Shown here: positions 26,783 to 39,340 of the stretch, one piece after another
Layout: every line of letters starts with the position of its first letter
How positions within the stretch are numbered: position 1 is the stretch's first letter
Source: Azolla caroliniana
Lineage: Eukaryota; Plantae; Polypodiophyta
DNA: 64,000 nt
Direction: 5' to 3'
Assembly: GCA_043228905.1 (NCBI GenBank)
Contig: JBHGNT010000006.1
Span: 5,022,001-5,086,000 of the forward strand
Program-made: the position numbers and the translations under genes
Notes under the pieces: generated by a model
Told to the model about the DNA's origin: nothing
The model's input: only the letters and a program-made list of their open reading frames with translations
Databases searched by the model: none

Positions 26783-29647
26783 TTATCCTCCCTCTAAGGC
26801 CGCCTCCTTGGACCCGCGCCTGGTTTTTGTGGATAACGTTCATAAAATGCTCGAACTATGTCTGGGGCATGCTTGAGATGATGTGTCGGCTCCCATGTTG
26901 CTTTGGAGATCGGGTACCCTTTCCAGAGGACAAGGTATTGAAGCCAGTGACGAAAGAGACGAGAGTCGAGAATTTGGTCAACCGCATATTCTTCTCCGGT
27001 TGAGAGCTGGATTGGTGGTGGAGGAGATGGGTGTCGATCGGGGATGTCAGATATATGGCGAGGTTCTAGAAGGGAGACATGGAATACATTATGAATACAA
27101 AAGTGGGATGGTAGTTCTAAGTGGACAGCCATGGAACCAATTTTCTCAATGATTCGGAAAGGGCCTAACTTCTTGTAATCAACGTCGGACAAGGATGAGT
27201 GGTGACAATATTGCGACGGAGAAACCAAACAAAGTTTCCTACCTCGAATCAGGGAGCATCTAAGCGATGACGGTCAACTTGCTCCTTGTAGCGTTCACCA
27301 GCGAGGGTGAGCTCCAAGGAAAGACCACGATGTACATCCTCCAAGAGACGTGCCCAGTCCTCCGCAGAAGGATTGACAGAGTCAGAGGGAAGCGAAATGT
27401 TGAAGCGGGGGTGGAGACCGTAGTTGGCGAAAAATGGAGTAACTCCCGTAGATGCATGCAGAGAGTTGTTGTAGGCGAACTCGGCAAGTGGGAGAAGGTC
27501 AACCCAGTTGTCTTGTTGGTAACTAAGAGAGCACCACAAGTATTGTTCCAAGATTTGGTTAACCCGCTCCGTTTGTCCATCGGTTTGCAGATGATAAGTA
27601 GAAGATAGATTCACAGTACAACCGAAGGTTTGCAGAAGGCACCGCCAGAAATTGGAAACAAATTGTGGTTCTCGATCAGAAGTGATATCGTTCGGGAGTC
27701 CATGTAATCGAACCACATTTTTGAAAAACAAATCGGTTGTCTCCTCTCCGATAATGGTTTTGGCACATGGAGCAAAATGAGCCATCTTGGTGAAGCGATC
27801 GACCATGACAAATACCGAGTCATAACCATCAACAAAGGGAAGGTCAGTGATGAAATCCATGGAAAGAGAGGCCCAAGGCCATTTGGGGATTGGGAGAGGG
27901 CGAAGGAGACCATATGGTCGATGATGAGATGCTTTAGAGTGAGCACAAATGTCGCATGACTTAATGAACTCTTTGACCAATTTCCATGGTTGTGGTCACC
28001 AATATCCCTGAGATATCAACTCCAAGGTTTTCGCAATGCCAAAATGACCAACAAGTGGATCATCGTGACACTCATGAAGCACCCTTGTCCGACAAGGACC
28101 TTCTGGGACATACAAAAGATTATCTCGAAACAAAAGATTATCCTGAATTGTAAAACTAGCTAAATCAGGTCTTTTGGGTTCATGGGAGGGGTTTGTGATA
28201 CTTGCCTTGACCTCTGTCGTGAACTTGTCAGTCGTAGTGGCATCTGCTATTTGCTTGAGCAAAGAGTCATCCCGAAGCAAGCAAGTCGCAAAGTTATAGA
28301 ATTGATTAGGCTTTAACAAACTCTGGGACTACTCAACATAGGCTTCATCCTCTAGAGTGAGCTCGAACTCAGACCGACGGGATAAGACATCGGTCGTCGT
28401 GGGTTGAGTGCCGGTTCGAAAGATTATCTCAAAATCATAGTCTGCCAAGAAGGTCGACCATCACGCCTGTCTACAATTTAAGGTTCGTGTGGTAGAAAAG
28501 TATATTAGATTTTTGTGATCTTGTGTTCGAAGAGAAGACCAAGATATAATCTAGATAGATCACAACAAAGTGATCTAGATATTCTCAGAATATGTCATTC
28601 ATCATATGTTGAAATACTGCAGGAGCATTAGTGAGGCCGAAAGGCATTACCTTATACTCGAAATGTCTGTATCGCGTTCTAAAGGTGGTTTTCCATTCAT
28701 CTCCAAGTTTGATCTGTAGCAAATTGTATGCTCCCCGTAGGTCAATCTTGGAGAAGATCTTCCCAGCTCTGGGATGAGAGATAGTGGGTAGCGGTTGCGA
28801 ACAGTAATCTTGTTTAGACCCCGATAGTCGACGCAGAGGCGTAAGGATCCATCTTTCTTTTTCACGAACAAAATAGGAGCTCCTGCTAGTGATTTTGAGG
28901 GTTGAATAAAGCCCTTTTCAAGGTTATCATCGAGATGCATTCGGAGTGCCTGGAGTTCTGGTTCCGACAACCCATAAATTGGGCCAAAGGGAGGACTAGC
29001 ACCTTCTTGCAAATCGATCGGATAGTCGTACCGTCGATGCTCAGGCAAGTGATCAACATTCTTTTTCTCAAATACGTCCTTGAAGTCTTCATACTTGGAT
29101 GGTAGTGAGTCAGTAGTTGTCCTCATTGGATTGCTCGACGAGGCACTATGCACTATTTTCCTTGTTGTGACAAGGATGTGAGCATCCACCTTGGAGCTGA
29201 TTCCTGCATTAATGGGAGGGTGAGCACCTGCAACAACATGAGATATTGCTTGCACCTCCGAGCTGGTTTGGGAGAAAGTAATCGAGTGATTGCGCCAATC
29301 AACAAGTGGATTCTGTGTCTTTAGCCAAGACAAACTGAGGATGATCGGATGTCGTGGTGAAGTGATAACATAAAACGTTAAGGCCTCCTGGTGGTCCCTG
29401 AGCTGTAAGATAAGTGGGACAGTGGCTTCGATGACTACTCCCAAAGAAAGCATGCGTCCATCGATAGCTTCCACTGGGATTGGCTTGGACAATCGGACAA
29501 CCGGGAATTTGTGTTTACGAACGAACCTTTTGTCCATAAAACACGTTGTTGCCCCGGAATCTAGAAGTACTAAGGATCTAATTGAAATCGATTTGAAATG
29601 GATGCTTACCAGAAAGGAGAAATCTTCTGTCGATGTAGCCGAACTAT

Positions 29648-29714
29648 GGGAGCGACACGAATGCGGATTGTCCAACCACATGGCTCCTACTGTAGTTGGA
29701 CACCATCGTTTTCC
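29648..29714 (-). promoter_or_regulatory. Programmed -1 ribosomal frameshift signal (gag-pol)
   Basis: Slippery G GAA AAC (29714-29708), 5-nt spacer, 12-bp stem TGTCCAACTACA/TGTGGTTGGACA, loop GGAGC complementary to downstream GCTCC; -1 frame reads GKRWCPT... into protease. Confidence 0.8.
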
Positions 29715-30709
29715 TGTTGTTGGGGTCATCTTGTCGTATTGTTTGTAGATATTTGTCGTTGATTATTCTTGATTGGGCAAAAACGAATGAGATGGGTGGA
29801 TGCACCACAATATAAACATAGTCCGTTGGTTCGGCGATACCTTCGTTCACCCTCGGTGAGTGGCGGGACCCCGAGCTCGATCAATTTCCATCGGCACGGG
29901 GTCATCGTACGATGACGATGGAGAAGATCTCGAAGAGGGTTTCCACCTTGAAGTTGCTCATTCCTCTTGACGAAGCTCAAACAACCAATTGTCAGAACTA
30001 ATTGCTTGTGTGATGGCATGCGACAATGACGTAGGCTCCGGAAAGTTGAGTAGTAAATTTTTTAATCTCGCTTCGAAGGCCCCGACGAAAATGGTTGCAG
30101 AGAGCTTGGCCATCCCACTGAAAATCACATGCTAATTGTCTAAATTCAGAGGCATAAATGGATACCGGACGTATACCTTGATGTAATGAATAGAGTTTGG
30201 TGATGGCAGTTCGGTGTCGGTCCATATCCCCAAATGTTGCCTCAAACTCTACCAAAAAGGCAGGAAAAATTTGTAGAAGTGGTAATGAAGTTTCGACCAA
30301 CGATGCAAACCAGGCTTGTGCAGCTCCGAACAGAAGGGTCCCGATGAGACCAACTTGACGAAAATCATCTGCATACTGTTGAGGCTATAGTTGGATAATA
30401 AGCTTGATCTGATTTATGAACCCTCAGAAGTGCTTCCTCATGCCATCGAACTTGTTAGGTAAACTAATATTGGGCTCCATACTTGTAGTGGGATGGGAAG
30501 GATTCTAAGAAAGCCTAAACGAGGAACCATGCTCTATAGGTAGAACATTTGTTGATGTAGGAGGAGAGTTGTTTTTTCCTACTAGTTCCATCGATGTTCC
30601 AACTTGAAGCTTCCATAACGATTCCCAAAGGTTGTCATTCTCAAGTTGAAGTTGATGCATGGCTTCCATGAGGTGATTTATTCTCTCGGTAAGATCCGAC
30701 ATGTTGAGG

Positions 30710-30823
30710 CTTACACAATACAATAATGTGTAGATGGATGTAGCTCAATTGATAAGGTTGCCCAATAAGACCAGAAGGTCATAGGTTCAACCCCCACCAT
30801 TCCATGTGGCATCCTGTCTATGA
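30710..30823 (-). repeat. Truncated chromovirus 5' LTR (first ~115 bp), with second tRNA-derived cassette at 30734-30804 (+)
   Basis: Near-identical to 26667-26780; joined 7 nt upstream of gag ATG (30702). Confidence 0.88.
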
Positions 30824-30824
30824 G

Positions 30825-31253
30825 AGCAAGCTTCTCTACAGCAAGTTGATTTTCGAGGTTTTGTATCCTTGTATAGTTTCTGGTTTCATAATGGCTGGCC
30901 AATATGCTCCAAGCTTCATGTGCCCTGGTTGTATGTTGCACTAATGTTAGTACAGAGTCACATACACCAGTGACTATGGTACACAACGCATCAACATTCC
31001 TTCTCTTCCAAGCTCGAAGTAGATCAGCATTTGGAGGGATTGATGTGGTAGGGTGTGCAGGGTCAAAGGTCACCATGGGCTTAGGGTCTCCTCTTGTGGA
31101 TCCCATGATTATCTTCAACAACTCATAGGAGTCCAAAATGGCCGACATTTTGAACTTCCATAGAGTGTAGTTGGTTCCATCTAGCTTTACATAAGACAAT
31201 GGAGGTGGGCAAATGCGTAGTGGAGCAGCTGCAACAGTCGTGGACAAGGTCAT
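30825..31253 (-). pseudogene. Copia gag N-terminal part
   Basis: KLDGTNYTLWKFKMSAIL (DUF4219-like) ... TRAHEAWSILASHY (UBN2-like); ATG 31253. Confidence 0.9.
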
Positions 31254-31713
31254 TGATACTCTCTCTCTCTAACCTTGATAACAATGACACAGTCTGATGT
31301 CGTGTCGTCGTCTACTGTCGTGCGGTGTCGTCTACTACTGTGTTGCACCGCCTACTGTCGTGTTTGTCGTCTGTTGTGTCATCTCCTGCCGCGTTGTCGT
31401 CTGCAGCCGTCTGCGTGTTGCACGATCTGTTGCCGCGTTGTCGTCTCTTGCCATCCGTTGACGTCTCTTGCCGTCCGTTGACGTTGTCGGTCGTACCGTC
31501 ATATTCTTTTCTTTCTTTTTCTTGATGTTGCATGGTGTCGTGTTCTTTTCTTGATGGCGTATCCTTGAAACTTTGCAGTGTGTCTACCTCCGTTGGTGGG
31601 TTCTTTCGGTGTGCTCGTTGCATGCTATGAAATGCCAATGTGACTGTGACATACACACAAACTTGGCTAAGTCTTGCACCCATTTATTTTATCTTTTTCT
31701 TATTGAGACCACA

Positions 31714-32528
31714 ATGACGTCTAAACGAGCTAAGGAACATAAGGATATACAAGACGAGGCTATAAGTAAAGAGGACTTTTTAGATATGTTTAATCGTTTA
31801 ATAAAAATAGAGATGGATATGAAAAAATGGGCAAAAGACGTTGAAACCCACAAGAAAAAAGATAGAGAGGAAAAAGACGCCCTCAAGGCCGAAATAGAGA
31901 AACTTAAAGTGGAAAACACCAACCTTAAAAAACAACCTAATGACATCGAGGTATCTCGAGAAGATGGTGAAATATCCTCCATAGAGGATATAAAAGACGA
32001 GATTAAAAAAGTTAAAGAGAAAGTTTAAAATAACATAGAGTTAGCTAAAACGGGTTGGGCAGATGTGGTTAAAAGAAACATTAGAAAAGAAATAAAATAT
32101 GAAAATTTTGTTAATACCACCCTTGAAGAAGAGAATTTATGCGTCAGGCCCGACACTTAAATGTGTGTGTCACTGGGCTCAAGGAAGGTGCATCCCCATA
32201 TGAGGATGCACAAACACTTGGGAAAATGTTCGGGTACACAACGGCCCTACCTATCACCAAAGCTTGGAGGGTCGGACGTGACACAACTAGGAATAGAGCC
32301 TTAGTCCTTCAATTTAAAGACTTAGACTCTATAATCACTTTCTTTAAGAAGAGACCAATTCTTCAAGGATTAGGTGGGGACCCTCTCTATCTCGATGAAG
32401 ACCTCACTAAGATGCAAATTGAGCATCGCAAGAGTTGTATGCCACGAGTTATGCAAGCTCGTAAAGAAGGGCATCGTGCCTTTTATCGAGACGGGCAAGT
32501 GATCATAAATGATCGCACTACTAATTGA
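31714..32528 (+). pseudogene. LINE ORF1 (coiled coil + RRM-like + YLDEDLT C-terminal domain), one stop and one frameshift
   Basis: Coiled-coil LKAEIEKLKVEN; LNVCVTGLKE; RALVLQFK; LYLDEDLT...AFYRDGQVIIND. Confidence 0.8.
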
Positions 32529-32564
32529 CGACATGTGGCCCACGTGACAGGAAATACACTTAGG

Positions 32565-33058
32565 ATGACCTTATGGAATTGTAACGGCGCACTCTAGACA
32601 CACCTCGACCACCTAGAGGAGATATTAAAGGTATCAGATATACTTTTCTTAGTAGAAACACACCAAAGCCCAAATAGAGAACTCCCACGAGTCGAAGGAT
32701 TTCGTTGGGAGTCCGCTTTTAGACAAACCTCACGTCGATGCATTACTAGGGGATCTGGAGGTGTCGCAATATTGTTTCGGAGAGAGCTACATAATAGGAT
32801 AGAAATACTGAGGACAGACCTAGAAGCTCATTTTATGTGGGTGAAAGTCTCCACAAGCAAGGACAAGGCTGTATTTTTCGCCATCTGTTACTTTCCCCCA
32901 AAAAGCTATCGTTATAATTTGGCTGGCGAGGCGAGATTAGTTGAGGAAGGAGTACCACATGGGCCTTCCCCATATGAACCTCTATCGGATGACATAATCC
33001 GATATTCTTCCAAAGGAGAAGTATTCCTTGTAGGAGACTTCAATGCGAGAACCCATGC
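32565..33058 (+). pseudogene. LINE ORF2 AP-endonuclease N-terminus
   Basis: MTLWNCNG, ILFLVETH, GSGGVAILFR, ICYFPP, LVGDFNART. Confidence 0.85.
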
Positions 33059-35136
33059 CAAGGTCTCCGGAACCGATGTGGGGACCCCATAGGACCAGGT
33101 CTCCATTTCCGCCGCTGTAATCTGGGTTTGTCTCTTGTTTGAGTCGCTCCCGACTCTCCTCGTGTCTTCCGCATAGTCGGGTCCCGTATCCTACCGCCAC
33201 CGTCCTTCTCCTTGGTCTTACATCGCCTCGCCGGCTTGCACTGCCAAGGCCTCCGGAACCGGTGAGAGGACCCCATAGGATCGGCTTCCTTTATCCTCAT
33301 GACCTTGCCGGAAGGTCTGTTTCGGTTCGTGGCCGCCTCGTCGGCCTCATACCTCTTTGTCGTTCTTGCCTTCGTCACCTTGCTGCCACCGTCCTTCTCC
33401 TTGGTCTTACGTCGCCTCGTCGGCTTGCACTGCCAAGGTCTCCGGAACCGATATGGAGGATCCCTCTCCGGCCTCCTCATTTGATTCTCGGCCCTGTCCT
33501 AGGTCGTCACTTTCCGCATGTCGAGAGGGCGGCTTGCTCCGCACCCTCTCCCGTGGTACCAATGTACCGACTAATTTCCCTTTCCGGATCGATTATCCGG
33601 AAACACGTCCTCCAGGTTATCGTCCGGATCTATTTGCATCAACCGTTCCCGTTTCCCGCCGCCACCGTCCATCTCTCTAGGTCTCACGTTGCCACATTGG
33701 CCGAACTGCCGGAGTCTCCGGATCGATGTGAGGAACCCATAGGATCGGTTTCCTTTATCCTCTCCCACCTTCCGCGTTGTCTTCCGGTCAGGTTGATTCC
33801 CGACATTCCCTTTTTCTGTCCTTGCCGATTCGCCTTTGTCCCCGTTGCCGACCGCCGAAGTCTCTAGATCCGGTGTGAAGGATCCTCCTCGGGCCTCCGA
33901 TTTGTCTTCCTAACCCTTTCCTAGGTCATCCTTCTCCGCTTGCCGAGAGGGCGGTTTGCTCCACACCCACTCCAATGGTCGACTTCTTCGACCGCACTCT
34001 CAACGGCTTCCAACCCATTTCTCGTCCACCCTTCTTCCGTGTATGTTCATCATCGCTTTCGACATGGCCTTCACCACGAAGCCTTCTTCATCCACCTCCA
34101 TTCTCCCTTGCCGCCCTTCACGTCGGGTTCACCAAATATGTCGCAGTTTTCCGCGGGTACATGTAGGATCTTAGGCGGAACCGCGGGTGTCTTGGACTAG
34201 GGAGACGGATGATGGAGTCCTTGAGCTTTGTGGGCTTCGGTCCGGAATCGGCTTCCGGCTCCAACAAATGTAGGGTTTCACAAAAACGGTTCACCGCGAA
34301 TATGGACCCGACTCAAATATGTTACAATGGAAGATACATATACACTAACAGGAATATATATTACAATAGCTTTACAACAAGACGGTTACATGCCCCGAAT
34401 CCGGTGGCTATTACAAAACAATCGGCTAATACATCAAGACAAGAATGGGAACCGGCGAAGGCGAGTCAAGTGGGCCGTCAGGACCGCAACGTCCACCGTT
34501 GGTCCCGCCCCAAAGATGATGGAGTGTTCTCGTGCCACTTCGTCCTCACTTCTCGAACCGGCCGCCACACGAAACTCTCTTCATCGAGGAGAGGAAGCCG
34601 AATCACCAAGTGCGGCCACCAGAATACCTGAAGCCGCCGTTGTAGGAACCCCCAAACCAAACCAAACTCTCACACGAAGAAGAGAGTAACACTCGAAGAC
34701 CCCAAGTACATAAACCCTAACTCGCATGAACTCTCTCAAGAAGAAGAACCTAAACGGAATACTAACTTCCACTCAAAAGAGTGAACCAAACCCATCTGAC
34801 AATGAAGAAGAAGACTCAAATGAAACCCTAAACGAAATAGAGTGAAAAGACCAAAGTGGAAACCCTAAGAGAACAAGAATAAGATGTGGAGGAAGAACAC
34901 TACCAAACCCTAGACCTAAGTGGTATACCCTCCTAACTCCAAAATGGGCAACCCCTTCAAAACGGACCCCTCCTTTCCTTTTATAGCCCAAGGAGGGAGA
35001 GACATTACAATGTGGGACAAATACTCCCCCTTTATTCTACACACCGTTTTCCTACTATACATGTGGACATGGTGCACACCACCGACTTGCCCTTCCCACC
35101 CCGGGTTTCACACCGTAGCCGGAAATCTTCACGACA
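33059..35136 (-). mobile_element. LTR element A (tRNA-Trp PBS family), left end deleted; 5' LTR 34139-35136
   Basis: LTR TGTCG...CGACA; PBS TGGTGAACCCGACGTGA (34134-34118) complementary to plant tRNA-Trp 3' end; gag start homologous to element B, then tandem repeats; inserted ~20 bp into the LTR of B. Confidence 0.8.
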
Positions 35137-38100
35137 ACGTGTAGGATCTAAGGCGGGACCACGGGGGTCTTGGACTAGGGAGTAGAGGAGAAAGAGTGAG
35201 ACATGAAATGGAAGCTTAGCTCAAGAGGAGAAGGAATAAAACATTAACATTGAACGAGAAATAGATGGAGGCAAGATACACAAATGGTTTGTATTAAGAA
35301 GAACACCATACGCATTACAACCATGGCCGCATAGGCCGCACCCAATGACTACAAGAAAACCCTAACCAGATAAGCAAGTAAAGAAGTATAGTAAAACCCT
35401 AAAGGAAACCCAAGAAGAAACCCTAAAACCAAATAGGAAACCCTCGACCTAAGTGGTATGCCTCTCTCACTCAAAATAGGCAACCCCCTCACAAGTGACC
35501 CCTCCCTTCCTTTTATAGCCCAAGGAGGGAGGGAACTTACAATGTCGGATAAATCTCCCCTCTTTATTCTATACACCATTTTACATTGTAAATGTGCACA
35601 TGTTGCACACCACCGACTTGCCCATTCCATCCCAATTTCACACCGTAGCCGAAAATCTTCACGACATCCACCCCCACCAAACCGCACATCCACCGGTATG
35701 TGCCAACAGGAGGAGGGTGAGAGATTTCGGCTATGGTGATCAACTGCGTCCTCCACTGTCCCAGCACCCGACCGCCTTGTCAGCTCCTACTGACCCCGAT
35801 CCGTCGGATCCATCCAACCCACCACGTCCATCGTGTGTCCCCGAACCACCGACTCCATCCGATCCACCATATCTGACATTCGTGCCTTCCTCCTCGATTG
35901 GTCCTCCCGAACACCATTGCCGACCCGGTCTCTCTTCCTTTGTCCACCACATATGTCCTCCAGATGCGCTCTCGATCTCTCCGATCGCACGCCAAATTCC
36001 AACCGTCGCATGCCGCGTATGTCCCTCCTTCGGTTTGATCGTCTCCGCGTCCCGAACACCTCGGCATTCCGACTCTCTCCACTCTGCGCTTGCTTTCCGT
36101 AGGCTCTTCCCATGTGTCGATGTTGTCCTCCGAATACGTGCTCGTTCTATGGTCCTTACGTGACCCCATTACACACTCCTCGCTTCTTCCTTGCTCGTCG
36201 TGCTCTCTCGCGGTAGACTGTACCTCCATCCCGACATTCGTGTTGGTGTACCCCGCTTCAGCGTCCTTTGTGGCTCTCGTTACCGCTTCGTCTCGACTCT
36301 CGCCCTCTTGGCCCGCTTGGCTTTGCATGCCCTCCGAAAAGTCGCACTTCCTCTTCCCGGCACGTAGCCCTTTGTTCTTTGCGCACCTCCTCCGGTTTCC
36401 AAGACACATCCTTCCGCTCACGCCATCCATTCGTCGATCACGGCACCTCACCGCTTCGTCCTCCGTCTCGTACTTGCCTCTCAAAGGCTCAACGAACTGC
36501 TATCACCGGTCACTCGTTGCCGCTCTTCCGGGTGCATGCTCATTCTTTGGCCCTCCGTCGACCGTAATGCATGCTCCGTATCGCGCCGTACTGAGTTACA
36601 CGCTTCTCCCGTTGTAGTCCCGACCTCTGCATCGGCCTCTTCTCCCTTCGTTGTCGTAGCCCCTTCCGACTCTGGCTTACCGTCTTGGCCCCGCTCGTCC
36701 ATCATTCTGTATCGGATACTCGTTCCGGTAACCTCGTCCTCTCCAGCTTCCGACTCCTCGCCGCCACCCGATGTCTCTCCGATCTTAGGTCGATCCGCAA
36801 CCGCCAAAGTCTTTTGTTTCCGGTCTTCCACCGGACCGTAGTCATTGCGTCCGCTTGACCTCCTTCTCACGCTCATCGGCTCCCACCGTGTGTCATGGCT
36901 CGTGTACCTCAACCTCCAATCATGTCGGCATAGCCCTTGCCCGGATCGATTCGATCGATCGGGTTCCGGTTCGGTCGGCTCTCTTCCATGATCGTAACTG
37001 GCCGGTACGGGTTCGACCAAACAATCCTGACCTTGCCGGCTCTTCTTCTGTTCGGACCTGGTTGACCGGACCCCGCTCCAAACTTCTTCCGCGTCATCTT
37101 CCAGTCGTGTCGGATTACTGACCGGTTTGTCTTCCGATCGTGTCAGATTATCGATTGGTTCGTCTTCCGGTCTAGTTGGTTCCAAACTCTCTCCTCTTTG
37201 CCGCTCTTGGCCTCCCTTTCGGTCCTTCCGCACGTGCCCACTCCGGGCCTCGCATCCTTACAGCCACCGCCCATCTCTCCGGTCTCATGTTGGTACACAA
37301 CCGCTGAAGTCTCCGGCCCCAGTGTTGAGGGATCTTCCTCGTTCTCGTTTCGGTCACCCGCCCTGCCGCCGCCACCATTCGTCACTCTAGGTCTCACGCT
37401 GACTCTCGGGCCGGCCGCCGAAGTCTCTAGAACCGGTGTGGGTAAGGTCCCGGCACCGCCGCTAATCATGTCCGTAGCCGCCTCCGTCCGGACGTCGTTG
37501 TCCGCAGCTACCCCGTCTACAATCGCGCAAGCCTCGATTACGCTTGTCGCCTCCTCTTCCTCACTCTCCTTGCCGTCGTCTTGGTTGCCCGCCTTGCCAC
37601 CACCACCGTTCGTCACTCTAGGCCTCACGACGGCACTCGGGCCGGCCGTCGGAGTCTCTAGAACCGGTGTGAGTAAGGTCCCGGCACCGCTGCTCGTCTC
37701 CTCCCCACTTGATGTTTAAGGTCACCGTGTCCCGAATCCTCCGCCCACTCCCGAAGTGGCGCTCCCCGCTTCGTAGTCACCGGCCTCATCCATGGTCGTC
37801 CCTTCACCGCAAGACAAGAGGGTCGCTTGCTCTGCACCCTCTCCCACGTCGCCACCGTTGTACGCTCTTTCGGCCTCCGCATAGGCCCTGTCGTCCACAT
37901 ATAGGGAGGTGTCTTCCTCCGCGTCCTCCGAATCACTGGGGCCCGACTCCGCAATAAACCCTTCTTCGGCTTCGATTTTCGCCTTCACCATCTTGTATGC
38001 CTCTTGTATTAGCGCTACTAGGTCGTACTCCTCCGACCCATCATGCCTTGAGCTCTCTTCCAACGGTAGTGCAGAGTCACTCACCGCCCTCTCTTCTCCG

Positions 38101-39336
38101 CCGCTCGCGGGCCTCGTTGTGGATGACTGCCTCGCATCATGTTGCGGGCACACCCACTCTATTTCGAACCACTCCTCGATGACACCATGTGCTCCGTGAT
38201 CATCTTGAAGCTCGAATAGAATGTCCATTCTTTCCTCTCGATGGATCGTCTTCAAAAATAGGAGGACTTTGTCCACCCCCATCGAACTACGATCCCGCTC
38301 CGAGAGTTGAGCGAAACGACACTCGAACTCTTGCAATGCTTCCATTGCGCTCCGATGGGCATTCACCGACGCCACCCATCGATCGAACTCATGCCGACCT
38401 CGCCCCTCCGATTTCGCTTACCTGTACGCCTCCAATAGAGCTCCCTAAAAGGACTCCCACGACTCGTGAGCTTCTCGAAGCTCCTTGACCTCTTTGTGCA
38501 TCGATACGGCCGCCACTTGACAAAAATATTCCAGCCTCATTGCTTCGTCCACGCCCCTTTCCATCATTTCGGCATTGTAAGCTCCCAAAAATTTTGGGAC
38601 ATCACCCCCTTTGAACCGGTCGACTCGCCCGACCACCCTTTCGACGGCGTGTTGAGCCGCATCTCGCTTCGCCTTCTTCCATTCGGCATCCATCACAATC
38701 TTCGCCATCATCTCCGTAAAGTCGAAGTCATCGTCTTCCATCTCCGTCCTCCCTTGCCGCCTCTTCACGTCGGGTTCACCAAATTATGTTGCAAAAATCT
38801 GCGAGCGCGTGTAGGATCCAAGGCAGGACCACGGGGGTCTTGGACTAGGGAGTAGAGGATAAAAAGTAAGACATGAAATGGAAGCTTAGCTCAAGAGGAG
38901 AAGGAATAAAACATTAACATTGAACGAGAAATAGATGGAGGTAAGATACACAAATGGTTTGTATTAAGAAGAACACCACATGCATTACAACCACGGCCGC
39001 ATAGGCTGCACCAAATGACTACAAGAAAACCCTAACCGGATAAGCAAGTAAAGAAGTATAGTAAAACCCTAAAGGAAACCCAAGAAGAAACCCTAAAACC
39101 GAATAGGAAACCCTCGACCTAAGTGGTATGTCTCTCTCACTCAAAATAGGCAACCCCCTCACAAGTGACACCTCCCTTCCTTTTATAGCCCAATGAGGGA
39201 GGGACCTTACAATGTGGGATAAATTTTCCCTCTTTATTCTATACACAATTTTACATTGTAAATGTGCACATGTTGCACACCACCGACTTGCACATTCCAT
39301 CCTGGTTTCACACTGTAACCAGAAATCTTCACGACA
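35137..39336 (-). mobile_element. LTR element B, non-autonomous gag-only (TR-GAG-like); LTRs 35137-35666 (left-clipped) and 38787-39336
   Basis: Two ~550-bp LTRs; Trp PBS at 38781-38765; PPT GGTGGGGGTGGA after 35666; degenerate gag (RVDRFKGGDVPKFLGAYNAEM...FECRFAQLS) 38768-37722; no pol motifs recognised. Confidence 0.85.
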
Positions 39337-39340
39337 ACGG

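Larger units (their letters stand above)
26296..30823 (-). mobile_element. Ty3/gypsy chromovirus, Tcn1-like, inserted in copia gag; 5' LTR truncated, RT/RH partly deleted
   Basis: gag with CLYCGASTHLIRFC knuckle, protease [34 protein letters not shown], integrase SLSMDFIT...QTDGQTERVNQ, GPF motif, chromodomain EEYAVDQILDSR...QYLVLWKGYP...ATWEP; copia gag EKLAL|TDGEK rejoins across it; left TSD GTGAG. Confidence 0.93.

Noticed and set aside
30700-30716. Spliced-RNA origin for the LTR-gag fusion
   Set aside because: The GTAAG donor-like sequence is retained at the junction, so a DNA deletion fits better
35349-38855. Many overlapping 100-250 aa ORFs on both strands
   Set aside because: GC-rich, stop-poor interior of LTR element B; only the minus-strand gag fragments show family motifs
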